Shown piece by piece: positions 50,401 to 62,554 of a DNA stretch of 64,000 nt. The position numbers and the translations under genes are program-made. Origin of the DNA: Sphyrna mokarran (Eukaryota). Positions within the stretch are counted from its first letter, which is position 1. Every line of letters begins with the position of its first letter. The DNA is taken from the NCBI GenBank assembly GCA_024679065.1, contig JAGIQG010000009.1, positions 91,326,001-91,390,000 of the forward strand, read 5' to 3'. Under the pieces are notes generated by a model. It searched no databases, was not told the origin of the DNA, and was given only the letters and a program-made list of their open reading frames with translations.

Positions 50401-53184
50401 TATTGAGGACTTGGTTAGGAAGAAAAAAGAAGCGTATGATAGGTCGAAGCAGCTGGGAACGGAGACAGCATTGCAGGAATATAGAGAGAGTAGGAGGGAG
50501 CTCAAACAGGCAGTTAGAAGGGCAAAAAGGGGGCATGAAATGATTTTGGCAGATAAGATTAAGGAAAACCCAAAGGCTTTTTATTCCTATGTTAGGAATA
50601 AAAGGGTGATTAGAGGAAAAATCGGACCTCTTAGGGACAGAGGAGGGGAACTGTGCTTAGAGCCCGAGGGAATGGCGGAGATCCTGAATGAATACTTTGC
50701 GTCGGTATTCACGAAGCAGAGGGGCTTATTGACAGCTCCTGTCACTGAGGGAGCTGTGGACCAGTTGAGGGAAATATCCATACCGAGGGAGGAAGTGTTA
50801 GAGCTTCTAAGTAGCATTAAAACTGATAAATCTCCAGGGCCTGATGGCATTTATTCCAGACTGCTTAAGGAGGTGTGAGGTGAAATTGCTGGGCCTCTGA
50901 CGCAAATCTTTGTCTCTTCCTTGGACACAGGTGAGGTCCCAGAGGACTGGACAATAGCTAATGTTGTACCGTTGTTTAAAAAGGGTAGTAGGGATAACCC
51001 TGGAAATTATAGGCCGGTGAGCTTGACGTCAGTGGTAGGGAAGCTGTTGGAGGGGATTCTTAGAGATAGGATGTATAGGCACTTAGAGCGTTGCGATCTG
51101 ATTAGGGATACGCAGCATGGATTTGTTAAGGGGAGGTTGTGCCTTACAAATCTGGTAGAATTTTTTCAGGAGGTGACAAAATCAGTGGACGAAGGGCGAG
51201 CCGTTGATGTTGTCTATTTGGATTTTAGTAAGGCGTTTGACAAAGTCCCTCATGGGAGGTTAGTCGAGAAGGTCAAGGCAAATGGGATACAAGGACAGGT
51301 AGCTAGATGGATAAGTAACTGGATTGGTAATAGGAGACAGAGAGTAATAGTGGAAGGGTGTTTCTCTAGCTGGAGGTCAGTCACTAGTGGTGTGCCGCAG
51401 GGCTTGGTACTGGGACCTCTTCTATTTGTAATATATATAAATGACTTGGAAGAGGGAGTAAGTGGAGTGATCAGCAAGTTTGCAGACGATACAAAGATGG
51501 CTGGACTTGCGGATAGTGAGGAGCATTGTCAGGCAATGCAGCAGGACATAGATAGACTGGTAGCTTGGACAGACAGATGGCAGATGGAATTCAATCCTGA
51601 TAAATGTGAGGTGATGCATTTTGGGAGAAAGAATGTAGCGGGGATGTATATGATAAAAGGAAGACCCATTAAGAGTATAGAAACGCAGAGGGACCTGGGG
51701 TTTCAGGTGAACAAGTCTCTGAAGGTGGCAGAGCAAGTGGAGAAGGTTGTGAAGAAAGCATATAGTATGCTAGCCTTTATAGGAAGGGGTATAGAGTACA
51801 AGAGCTGGCATTTAATGTTGCAGTTGTATAAAACGCTGGTTAGACCTCATTTGGAATACTGCGTCCAGTTCTGGTCGCCTTACCACCGGAAGGACGTGGA
51901 GACTCTGGAGAGAGTGCAGAGGAGGTTTACCAGGATGCTGCCTGGTATGGAAGGTCTGAGTTATGATGAGAGATTAGGCAAATTGGGGCTGTTTTCCTTA
52001 GAAAGACGTAGACTTAGAGGAAATCTGATAGAGGTGTACAAGATTTTGAAGGGGATTGATAGAGTAAACAGGGTTAAGCTTTTTCCTAGGATGGACTCAA
52101 ATAGCACGAGGGGTCACGGGCTTAGGGTGAGGGGGGTAAGGTATAATTTGGATGCTAGAGGGAGTTTTTTCACACAGAGGGTGGTGGGGGTATGGAATGC
52201 GCTGCCAAGTAAAGTGGTGGAGGCAGGTATTCTGGAGTTATTTAAGAAATACTTAGATGGGCACATGAACAGAATGGGAATGGAGGGGTATAGAAAACTG
52301 ATTTAAAATAGGGATCATGAGCCTTGGGAGTCCCTGGGAAGTGTGTAAATAGATGATGATATTGATGTACTTGTTTTTATCCTACAGGTGCTTTGGTCCA
52401 CCTTGTTGTCTAACGAGGGGCATACACGCGATGGGTCGTGAGAGGGCTGGTCTTGGATCTTTTTCGAGAGTATCCTACTGCTTCACGTTGTTAGTGTATG
52501 CTTGACCTGGACCATCTGATGGGCAACACGACAGCTCAGTGACTATAGCTGTGCTGTGCAGATACATGGATTTGGGCTTGTGTCTGTGGGAGTTTGCGCA
52601 TTCTCCCTGTGCTTGCGTGGGTTTTCTCCGGGAGCTCCGGTTTCCTCCCACATCCCAAAGATGTGCTCTTAGGCTAATTGGCAAAACAAATTCTCCCTAA
52701 ATTGTTTCAAATTTGGTTTTTAAATCCTTAGATCTATAAACATGGACAGGGATCGTAGGTAGAGATGGGAACATCGGGGTGGCGGCACAGGCTCGTTGGG
52801 CCGAAGGGCTTGTTTCCCATGCTGTTTTGTTCTTTGTTCTTTGTTCTTTGAAACCTTTAGGGAGAAAATTATCCTGAAGTCTTCATCACCAGAAATCAGC
52901 CTGATAGTCAGTACAAGCCCCTCACTCTCTCCTGCCTGGTTACTGGCTTTTAATCTGTAGACATTGAGTTGAACTGGTTAAGGAATGGAGAAGTAATGCC
53001 TGAGACACTACTTTCTGGATTCAACCAAATCACAATGGGACCCATCAGGAAAGAGATTGGAAAGAGATCTGGAAAGAGACTGAAATAAATATTGGAGATG
53101 AGGCTCAATATTCCTGTTAAATTGAACATCGCAACCTGGCAGAGCACAAGCTCTATGAGTGGAATAAGGAACTGTCAAACTATA

Positions 53185-53217
<33 letters not shown>

Positions 53218-56200
53218 TGTGTGCGTGTGTGTTGATGTAAAAACCATCAGTGATACTGCCTCCTGGGATGTAGAACATAACCGTGGGAATTGAACAAGGG
53301 CAGGACACACAGACATTGGGGAGAATTAGAACTGAACTGGCTGGGAAGGTATTTCATGTGATTGAGATAACACGGCTTTGACACTACCATCAATGAGAAT
53401 CTTTCGTCACTTCACTGGAGGGTGAAATGGAGCGAGTATAAAACCAGCATTTCAGCCAATCCCAAGAATTCTCAATGCGCAGCTTCAGTTCCAATTGTCC
53501 CCAATGAACAGAGAACTGGGAATGGATCCGGGAACAGAGACAATCCTGATATTATTCAAATATGTTTCATAAATCCCGGAAAACAGTGGGGACATTTCCA
53601 CCTTGGAATTGTAATTGAATCAGTGATCTCAGCACTGGCTTTTATATTCAGAATAATCAATTGTATATTGATTATTATATTGATTATAAAATAATCAATT
53701 TTATATTCAGAATAACCAATTGCTGTTTGTTTCAGAAATGGATGAAATGGAAGATCCCAACATGGATGTCCCTGAAGCCAGGTTTCAGGGAGAAGTTGAG
53801 GAAAGGCCGACTGCAGTTGTCAGAGAGGCTGGAGAGCAGCTGTGTGGGGTGCCCATAGATATTGAAAGGGAGAAAAATCCCTCTCCCTCCCACAGGAATA
53901 CCAGAAAAGAACAGTGTGGATGGAGAGTGAAATAAGTGAGATTTTATCACAGCAGCAAATAGACAAGGAAGGAGATTACAGGGGCTCTGACCCAAATTGT
54001 TAATTCTTCTCTAGCCACAGGGGAAGTGCTAGAGGATTGGAGAACAGCTAATGTGGTTCTGCTGTTTAAGAAGGCTTGTAGGGATAATTCAGGGAATTAC
54101 AGACCCGTGAGTCTCATGCCAGTGGAAGGAAGGCTATTAGAGAAACTTCTGAATGAAAGAGTCTATCTCCACATGAAGAGGCAAGGTTTGATCAGGTATA
54201 GTCACCATGGTTTTGTCAGAGGGGGGCCATGCTTAATAAATTTGGTTGAATTTTTTGAGGAGGTCACCAGGTATGTTGAAGAGGGTGGTGCAATTGATAT
54301 AGCTTATATAGATTTCAGCAAAGTGTTTGACAAGGTCCCAGATGGGAAGCTTATAAAGTAAGCAAATCCGCATGGGATATAAGATAATTTCATAACTGAA
54401 TTTAAAATTGACTTAGTTATTGGAGACAGAGGCGATGACAGAAGGCTGCTTCCGTGACTTGAAGCCAGTGTCCAGTGGGGCACCACAAGAATCTGTGCTG
54501 GGTTGTACATTATTTGTCATTTATGTAAATGATGCAGATAACTATATTGGGAGAGGGGGTGAGATTAGTAATTAGTCCCAACATTGGACAGAAGGTTAAC
54601 AGTGAGGCGGAGTGCCTTGGGCTACAAGAAGATATAGATGGAACAGCAATTGGGCAGATGGAATTTAATCCTGAAAAGTATGAGGTGATACATTTTGGAA
54701 GGATGTATTTAAATGAATGCCATGACATTAGGAAGCTTTGTGAAACAAAGTGGCCTTGGCGTGTTTGTCTCTAAAGGCAAAAAGACATGTTAGCAGGATG
54801 GTGAAAAATGCATATGGGACACTTGCCTTTATCGATTGAGGCACCGATTTCAAAAACAGGGAAGAGATGTCGGAATTGTACAACTTTGGAAGGATGTGAT
54901 TGCAGTGGAGAGGGTGCAGAGGAGATACACTAGGATGCTGCCTGGGATGGAACATTTAAGTTATGAAGAGAGGTTGTGTAGGTTTGGATTATTTTAGCAG
55001 CTGGTAACTGGTCACTGGGTTGTTGCTGATCAGAAGCTGCATCAATTCGAGATCCAGCTGCTGTCAGATGGACCTGCACTGTTTCTGTATTTAAAACTGA
55101 CAGGAGTGATTCTATTGGGGTTATTTGTGTTGCTGGCATCCCAGCTCTACATAATTCATGTCTTTGTATTGCTTCTTGTGAAGGGACCTTGCAGCATCCT
55201 CCATGTGGCTGTAAGGGCTCACCTGAAGAAGAAGTAACACTCTGAAAGCTTGTGCTACCAGATAAACCTGTTGGATGTTGTGAGGCTTCTTAGTGTACTT
55301 TTTGTTCAAGCAGAGAAGACTGAGGGCTGACCTGATCAAGGTGAACAAGATTATGAGGGACACAGTGGACAGAGAGAATAGGAAGCAGCTATTTTCCTTC
55401 GTTGAAGGGTCAGTACAAAGGGACACAAGTTCAAGGTGAGGGGCAGTAGATTTAGGACAGATTTGAGGAAAAGAAGTTTTACCCAAAGAATGGTAATAGC
55501 CTGGAGAGTGTTGCCTGGGAGGGTGGTAGAGGTGGGTTACCTCACATGCTTTAAAAAGTATCTGGATGAGTATTTGGCACAAAATAACATTTAAGGCTAT
55601 CATAGCTATCCTAATGCTTCATAGCTATCCTAATGCTTCGATCAAATAACAAGGGCTCAGAGATGGAGAGCTGGTGATCTGAGTATTGTCCCAGACTTGG
55701 GACACTCCCTACGTTAACACCCTGAAGGGGTAAGGAGTCACTGTGTCAGTTCAGCTGTCTTCCAGCCAGGATGCTGAGCCTCTTGTTGATCTGAATGTCA
55801 CTCTCGTTCTGCCCACAGTTCAGTTAGAGCCTCAGCACCCTCTGTGAGCCGGGGCCCAATGTCTTCATGTCTCCTTTCCGCCCCCCCGAGCTGCTATCAC
55901 TGAGTCACCACCACCTCCAGCCACTGTGTCCAAAGACAGCACTGTCAGAAGAACACATTGACACTGAGCGGTGAATGAGGGCAATGTAATTGATGTCGTC
56001 TACACGGATTTGCAAAATACTTTTGAGATTGTACCATGTGAAAAACTTGTCAATAAGACTGAAGCCCTTGGACTAAGTTGAACCATAGTGGGATATCTGG
56101 AGGTGGGGTGGGAGTGTTTGAGGAGCTAGTATTGCTTTTTGCTCAGTTGATAAAATGCTAGTGTGTCAATCAGATTAATACAATAGCGCAGGAGTTGATC

Positions 56201-59200
56201 CCCATTCAGCTGAGGCTGGCCGTGTTTCACTGAATGATCATCAAGATGTTTTAAAAAACTGGTTAAAATATGAAGAACAGGGAGTTGTGGTGATTGACTG
56301 CTTTTAAAACTGGACGGAGATATGCAATGATGTTGGCCCAGCTTTCAATACTAGAACCACTGCTGGTGTTTATTCTTGGACTTGGGGGATAGAGGGATGG
56401 ATTTAAGATGACACAAAAGTTGATGTATAGTATGAGGAAGACAGTTTTAAAGAAAAACATAAGACAGGATTGTGGAATAGGAGGGTCATGATGTAGACAT
56501 GCCGGCATTGGACTGGGGTAAACTCAGTCAAGTCTGGCAACACCAATTTTAAGTCCAACCGATTTATTTGACAGTAAATCTGCGAGCTTTCGGCCTTCAT
56601 GGCCTTCGTCAGGCGAAGGCCACAAAGGCCGAAAACTCGCAGATTTACTGTCAAATAAATCAGTTGGATTTAAAATTGGTGTTGCCAGACTTTACGGAAT
56701 AGGAGGGCACATGATATCAATGATATATGAATTATATTGTCAACTACATAAATGCATGCCTTTGTTTAGTTACACACCTACAGCACTGAGAGATAGAGAC
56801 TGCTGGGACAATGTCTGGGTCAGTTAAAACAATTCTGCTTTCTGTAAATAAGCCTTTCATTAAAAAATACACTTTATCATCTAGCATGGGCGTGAAGCAG
56901 AGACTGCTTGTTGAAGGTTGGGAATAAAGGATGGGATTTTCCGCAACCTTCTCTTCTCCAAGGATGTTTCATGGTGGCAGAGGAGGCCCACCATTGGCTG
57001 GCTGTAGAAGCTTCGTTATCAGCAGGTTTCCCATTGAATGGACCCCTGTTGCTGGGAAAACTGTGCCGGGCATTCGCTGTCGGCAGGACCAGAAGATCCT
57101 GGTGGTGAAAACGGCCAGAAAATATCAGCCTAAAGATTTGTTTCAGACAGAAGATTGTAAGCTGAGGTATCTCTGTTGAAGAATAGGAGAGATCAAAGGG
57201 CTGATTTTCAGTCGCATTTGTCTTCAACAAGAACAGACACGGGAGGAAAATACAGTGAGAATCGAGAAACATGATTCTCACCGGCAAGATCATGTCTTCC
57301 AATTTTTAATGCCCATGGTGAGTGACATCCACAAGGTTCAGTCCACAAAGGTCAAGAACCTGAGTTTAATGTTTTTACATATATTTCAATGTCATTACTG
57401 ATTGCCTGCCCCAGCCTGTGCTTAGCACATGATCCCACTCACTGAATATTCAATCCTTGACAATGTGACACCATATCAGCGAGTCTAACAACAGGTATTT
57501 GAATCAGTTGGGGTCACAAAGATAAACACAGCCTCCAGAAGGAAGAGAGACATGCTTGGCAGTGCCTTGGCATTGCTCTCTGGAATGGTGCCTTGACACA
57601 AGTTGGCACTACCAGGTCTCCAACTTGGCCAAGGGGCAACGCCAAAGGCTGACCCTCTGAGAGATCCCACAGGCCTTCTGAGAGTGGGGGGTTAGGTACA
57701 CACCTAGGTCATTGAGTGGCAATCTTGCAGGTACAGGGTTTGGGAGGGGAGGGGGGTAATTTCAGGCATGGAAAAGGGGAATGAGCAGAGAGGGAGAAAT
57801 GCTGGTGATACAGCTAAGGTGATTCTTGAATGTGTGGGGTTGAGAGGATTAAAAACCCCTAGTCTTTGTGCCATTGGGGGAGCACTGCAGAGACAACCCT
57901 GAGGATTGTGCTCTGAGAGGCACATGAAAAGCCCCCGGGACCTCGGTGTGGTAGTAAGGGGTTGGTGGGGAGAGAGACAGAATTCAGCTTCAGTGTTAGT
58001 CAGGGTGCCCTGTTAAAGGTGGCGTCCCAATCTCTGAGGAGCTGCCCTTATCATCTCCATCAGGTCCCACACCACTAGATTGACAGCATAAACCAAACCA
58101 CTTATTTGTTTTGTCAAGATCTGATCTGGAAACTCATGAAACTCACCAGTTTTTAGTCAGCGCCTGACATTCCAATAATTATAATAAAATAAGAAGCTTG
58201 ATTGGAGAGTTGAATTTACCATGCAGTCAGACAAGAACTGATGCCAGAGATGATGAAACTAAATACAATAAATGAGGTGGTGTCGATGGTAAATAAAATA
58301 CTAAAGAAATTAAATTCAGGGCAATGTTACCGGCCTTGGCTAACCTGATGGATATTAAATTAGTCAGTTTTAATGACATTCTTCACACCAAACTTCAGGG
58401 TGGATATTCCATTGCAACTGCATCTGAACTATATGATCATGGTGCCAAATGGAGATGCGGCTCTTTGGTCTCAGGAAGCCAAGAAAACACAAAGTGTGGT
58501 TAAAAGCGGACAGAGGAGCTGGAGTGCCAGATGTTGGAGATGATCGTTGTTCAGTGGGGGAGTTGCTGGCTCAGAGTGTGTGGAGGGGAGTGAGGAGAGA
58601 AGAAGAGGCTGGTGATCGCAGGCGTCTGGATAATGGGCTGATGATCGTAGGGGGACTGGAGAAGGGGCTGGTGATCAGGGATGCGGCGGGGAAATTGTCG
58701 ACTTCGCCTAGGGATTGGGAGGGGAACCCCTGAGACCTCCATGATGGGCTATGAGGGAAGTTTTCTAAGGTTGTTATCGGGGTGCCTTTAAAATGGTCCC
58801 CAGTTTCTATGCAAGTTAGGTCGGTATGTTTATGTCCTGCTCCCTTATGATGCTTTGAAGTATGCCCCCTAGACTTGTTTTGGCAGAAAAACATGCCAGT
58901 TTTCTCTCCAGAAATACCACTGTGTTATTTCTTGGTAAGATTTAGACCACTGTTTCTAGTGGAAACAACAGAGGAGGAGTTATACTTATCAAATACGTTT
59001 GCAGCTATAAAAGAGGTATTGTGAGAAGAGTTTGCCCATTGAATACTTAGCAAGTAAGAGTTCCCTGTGGAATCTGTAAATTACTTTACAGCATGTGTGT
59101 ACTGCAGGCTAGATCAATATTTACAGCCTATCCCTAATTGCCCCTTGAGAAAGTGATTAAGAATTCCTTTCTTGAACCGCTGTGGTCCTTGCAATGTAGA

Positions 59201-62200
59201 CCCACAGTGCTCTTAGGGATGATTTTGATCCCAAAACAGTGAAAGAACAGTGATATATTTTTGAATCAGGATGGTGAGTGATTTGGCGAGGGACTTGTGG
59301 TGATGGCGTTTCTATGTATTTACTGTCGTTGTCCTTGAAGGTGACTGAGGCATTTTAATTTTTAAATAGAGTAGGAAGGTGTAATACAGCTCATATATTT
59401 TAATTAATCAATTGTGGAATAATATTAACTTGAGCTTACATTGCACATTTAATGTGGTATGTCCCAATGAATCTTATCTGATAAAACTGTTAAATGGCCA
59501 AAAGCTTGGTCAAACAGATAGATCTTAAGGAATATCTTAAGTAGGGGAGGAATACGAGGGGGTTTAAGATTGAACTTCTCAACCTTAGGTCGAGCTAACT
59601 AAAAACATGGCACCAATGAATGAGGATTGGAAGTTAAGGGTGTACAAGAAACTAAAAGTAAATGAATGCAAGTTGCTCAGAGGATTGTAGGGCTGCAGAA
59701 GGTTACACATTGGGGTAGCATGGTGCCATAGGAGGATCTGAAAATGAAATTGTGAATTCTAATTTCAAGCCTGAAATCAATGCAGGTCGTCAGTAAGCAC
59801 AGGCACAAGAGTAGAATTTATAGTAAATCATACTGTCAGAAACCTCCCAAATCTCTTCATGTACAATCAAGCCATCCAAAACGCTGCTAGCCATATCTTA
59901 TGTCACATCGTGTCCCACTCTTCCTGGCATACACTGTCACGCAATATCCTGAATTTAAATCATCATTCTTGTTTTCAAATCCATTCCTGGCTTCATCTCT
60001 CCCTGCCTGTAATCATCTCCAATCCCACAACATCCCAAGACATCTGCACTCCTTCAGTACTGGCTTCTTGAGCATGTGTATAATTGCTGCACCATTGGTA
60101 GCGATGCCTTCAGTTAACCAGGTAATGAGCTCTGGAATTTCTGCACTGTACCTGTTCACTTCTCTTGCTTTCTTCCTTTCAGATACTTCTAGAAATACCT
60201 TTCAGACCAAGCTTTTGATCATTACAGCTAATATCTCTTTCTGTGGTTTAGTGTCTTTTTTTCACAGTGTTCCTGTGAAGCACTATGATGACTTCAGCCA
60301 TTCTAATGAAGTTGGCTTCTAGAGTATGAAGCCCTAAGTTAATTTGAGTTAGTTTATTTGTTTGTATACAAAAGAGATACCCAATTTTTCTCACAATCGA
60401 TGCCTTCCACACTGCAGGGGCTAGCGTATATTACTGACCCCGAAAATCACATTATGATTTGGTGTTTTAAATTTCCTTTCTAATTTGTTTTTTGTTGAGG
60501 CTGTTCCTTCTCCTTTAGGAGGTCTGCTCCTTTTAATTTGTCCTTAAGTTAATTTGAGTTAGTTTATTACGTTGGCACATGTTAAGTTCTAATTGGTTAA
60601 ATCAGAGAGCCTCGTGCTCCCTATTCAAAGCAGATTTGTCAGTCTCTCAGCCTGCATTTAGCAGGGAGCAATTGGAGAGCTGGCTGTGTGCAGATCTATG
60701 TTGTAAATAAAGTAATTTGTGATGGGACTTTCACTTCTGTGAAGTTATACAAGCACTTTGGAAAATTTTGTTACAATGAAGGCTCTCCACAAGTTGACAG
60801 TGTTACTATTGAATTGTTTTGAAAAGTGGCTAATGTTGTGATGAAAGCAAACAGCTTCATTACAGTATTACTGACAAGAAGCAATTCTTCACCTAAAGAG
60901 GGATCAGTGACTGAAGTGGTCTCCAGATAGAGGTATGGGTTTAGGATACTCACTATCCTTTCTCCACGACATGGGTACAGGGTACATGAAATAGAGGCCT
61001 CAGATCATTATGCAACAGAAGAATACAACTAACTCCATGTACTGCTTGGAAGTCTTGTGGTTGATTGGGAAGAATTGTGCCTCTGAGTCAGAACCTCTGG
61101 CATCTCCAGAACTTGTTCTCTGCTGGAGAATAGTTCATGATGAGAAATAATCTGTTAATCGTAGAATCCTTACAGTGCAGAAGGAAGTCATTCAGCCCAT
61201 TGAAACTGCACCGCCAAAAGTGTCACCCAGTCCCAATCCTCATCATGCCATATACTTACTTTGCTAGTCCCTCCGACATGAAGATCAATTTAGCATGGCC
61301 AATGAACCTAACCAGAACACCTCTTGGACTGTGGAACGAAACCAGTGCACCCAGAAGAAACCCATGCAGACACAGGGAGAACACTTAGACTCAGCACAGA
61401 CATTGACCTGAGGCCGGAAATGAACCCAGGTCCTCGGTGCGGTCAGGCAGCAGTGCTAACCATTGTGCCACCGTGCCAACCCAAATTTTATATCTAATTT
61501 TATATTAATGGAGGCGGAGGCATTATCTTAGGGTTTATCTGGGCAAAAAGACTTGTTTGCATAATGGAAGAGGTTAAATGAAGATTGGTGGAGTATGTTT
61601 GAAAGGATTCAATCTCTAATGAAATGTTGAGCAGAGAAAAGACAGGCTGCAGTTCCATTTCTCAACAACTGACTTTCTAGATTATAACAGCAGGGATCAA
61701 TCATTCTCATCACAGAACTTGTGGATTTGTAACCTCTGCCCTGCACAATATGCTACTCTGCCATACAAAGTAGAGATTCAAAAGTGTTCCCTTATCCAGT
61801 ATAAAGTTAATCACAGGAGTGTCAATGTAAAGATCTCAATCAGAACAGGAAGAAGGAACAGAATCACTCTCCATATCTCCCTGATTCATGGACCCACACG
61901 CTGTATACCCCAGGGTCACAGTCTGCAGTATAACTGTGGTTAGGTACCTGTCTGACACACATTAAACAGTCAGTGGGAGATTGGACATCACTGATCTTAC
62001 CGGATGTTTGGTTTGTGTTCTTCATTATTGAATTCAGACTCTCCTTTGCCATGTCTGATCGTACATTTACGACAGATGTAAGCTGTTCCCAAAATTCCTC
62101 ATCAAAAAATTCCACCATGAATTGCTGTCTGGGAATCATCCGACGAATGTGAGTGTCATGATAATTAACTTGAACTCCTTTCACTATTGCAACATTAGTA

Positions 62201-62261
62201 ACCTCAGGAAGATCACCAATTCCGGAGATTGCCGTGTATATCACAGTCAGTGAGTCAGTAT
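44339..62261 (-). CDS. Non-classical MHC class I heavy-chain gene B (spliced; leader not found). Exons: alpha1 62261-62001, alpha2 48684-48409, alpha3 48291-48013, TM 45330-45211, cyt1 44804-44773, cyt2 44443-44339
   Basis: Six AG/GT-bounded exons with compatible phases (1,1,1,1,0) and no stops. Linkage of alpha1 across a 13-kb intron is inferred from order and from homology to gene A. Confidence 0.8.
44773..44804 (-). CDS. Gene B first cytoplasmic exon (DSPSGMYTTAP)
   Basis: ctgcag acceptor, gtgagt donor, class I-type tyrosine motif. Confidence 0.72.
45211..45330 (-). CDS. Gene B transmembrane exon (EIPENSGKQNNLGIIIGAVIPALAVIFGIIGIIIWKRQRR)
   Basis: 120 nt, phase 1-1; has an extra 9-nt GII repeat relative to gene A. 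Confidence 0.9.
45590..45905 (-). mobile_element. HE1-like V-SINE
   Basis: tRNA-like head (TGGTTAGCACTGCTGC...GGTTTGATTCCC), V-domain, CR1-type tail (TTCTATGA)n. Confidence 0.85.
46291..47780 (-). mobile_element. Young CR1 (GYRKLI subfamily), sense-oriented in the alpha3-TM intron of gene B
   Basis: Open ORF2 C-terminal part 47780-46826, full UTR and tail. Confidence 0.95.
47806..47940 (+). mobile_element. Short CR1 3' tail fragment
   Basis: Matches the last roughly 140 nt of 52710-52849. Confidence 0.85.
48013..48291 (-). CDS. Gene B alpha3 (C1-set Ig) exon
   Basis: 279 nt open; LSCLVTGFYPVDIEVNW...RPNHDGTHQ...YSCQIEHSSL...W. Confidence 0.95.
48409..48684 (-). CDS. Gene B alpha2 exon
   Basis: 276 nt open; GIHVFQW...GFDGKDHISL...KTKEKW...YLQAGKEY; no Cys. 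Confidence 0.95.
48830..52849 (+). mobile_element. Near-full-length CR1 LINE: ORF1 SGNH/esterase-like domain (to 49395), ORF2 APE endonuclease plus RT (about 49500-52306, one frameshift near 50050 and one stop at 50876-50878), 540-nt 3'UTR
   Basis: CLPGA..HVG..D..DG.HLN; AVAETW, GVYYRPP, VGDFN, SDH; KFADD; (TTCTTTG)n tail. Confidence 0.95.
52869..55880 (+). pseudogene. Inverted decayed partial MHC class I copy C: alpha3 (about 52869-53163), TM (about 53571-53657), last exon (about 53737-53935), downstream homology blocks at 55000-55220 and 55660-55880
   Basis: PEVFI..QYKPLTLSCLVTGF* with stops and a triplicated GGAAAGAGA; donor gtaag>ataag; TM acceptor cag>cat. The downstream blocks match the reverse complement of 42165-41970 and 41625-41400. 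Confidence 0.88.
53985..55600 (+). mobile_element. Old CR1 relic, fragmented and interleaved with copy C sequence
   Basis: EDWRTANV, GNYRPVSL and DFSKVFDKVP motifs with many lesions. Confidence 0.8.
56530..56692. repeat. Near-perfect 163-bp palindrome made of two Penelope terminal-repeat ends
   Basis: Arms AAGTCTGGCAACACC...GGCCTTCG and CGAAGGCC...GGTGTTGCCAGACTT around a 5-nt loop at 56609-56613. Confidence 0.85.
59480..60300. mobile_element. Old L2-like LINE 3' relics
   Basis: IQNAASHIL motif near 59875 and L2-like tail CCTGTGAAGCAC; heavily decayed. Confidence 0.45.
61160..61480 (-). mobile_element. HE1-like V-SINE
   Basis: Head GGCACGGTGGCACAATGGTTAGCACTGCTGCC, V-domain, CR1-type tail. 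Confidence 0.85.
62001..62261 (-). CDS. Gene B alpha1 exon
   Basis: 261 nt open, phase 1-1; DTDSLTVIYTAISGIGDLPEV...EEFWEQLT...KNTNQTS. Confidence 0.92.
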
Positions 62262-62554
62262 CTGTAAAATAGTAACAGGTTAATAGATGTTTCCACAGAC
62301 TACCAGCTGATCACAGTGAGAGCCATCCAAACTCCAATAATCCACATTCAATCCCAATAGAATCCTGTCTGATATTAGCAAAGGGGTGATGGACAATCCA
62401 GAGCAGGATCTTCACTATCCTTCACAGAGCTTTTTAATCCCCCTTTATACATACTGTCTAGGATGTAGTGCTCTGAGGTAACCTGACCTATTCAACCATG
62501 AGGACATCACACTTATCCTGAGGTGGGTTAAAGATGGATTATCCTTCACACAGG

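Noticed and set aside
44339-62261. Assigning a lineage symbol (UEA, UCA, UBA) or calling the gene classical UAA or CD1
   Set aside because: Loss of anchor residues argues against classical, but lineage assignment needs a phylogeny that I cannot run.
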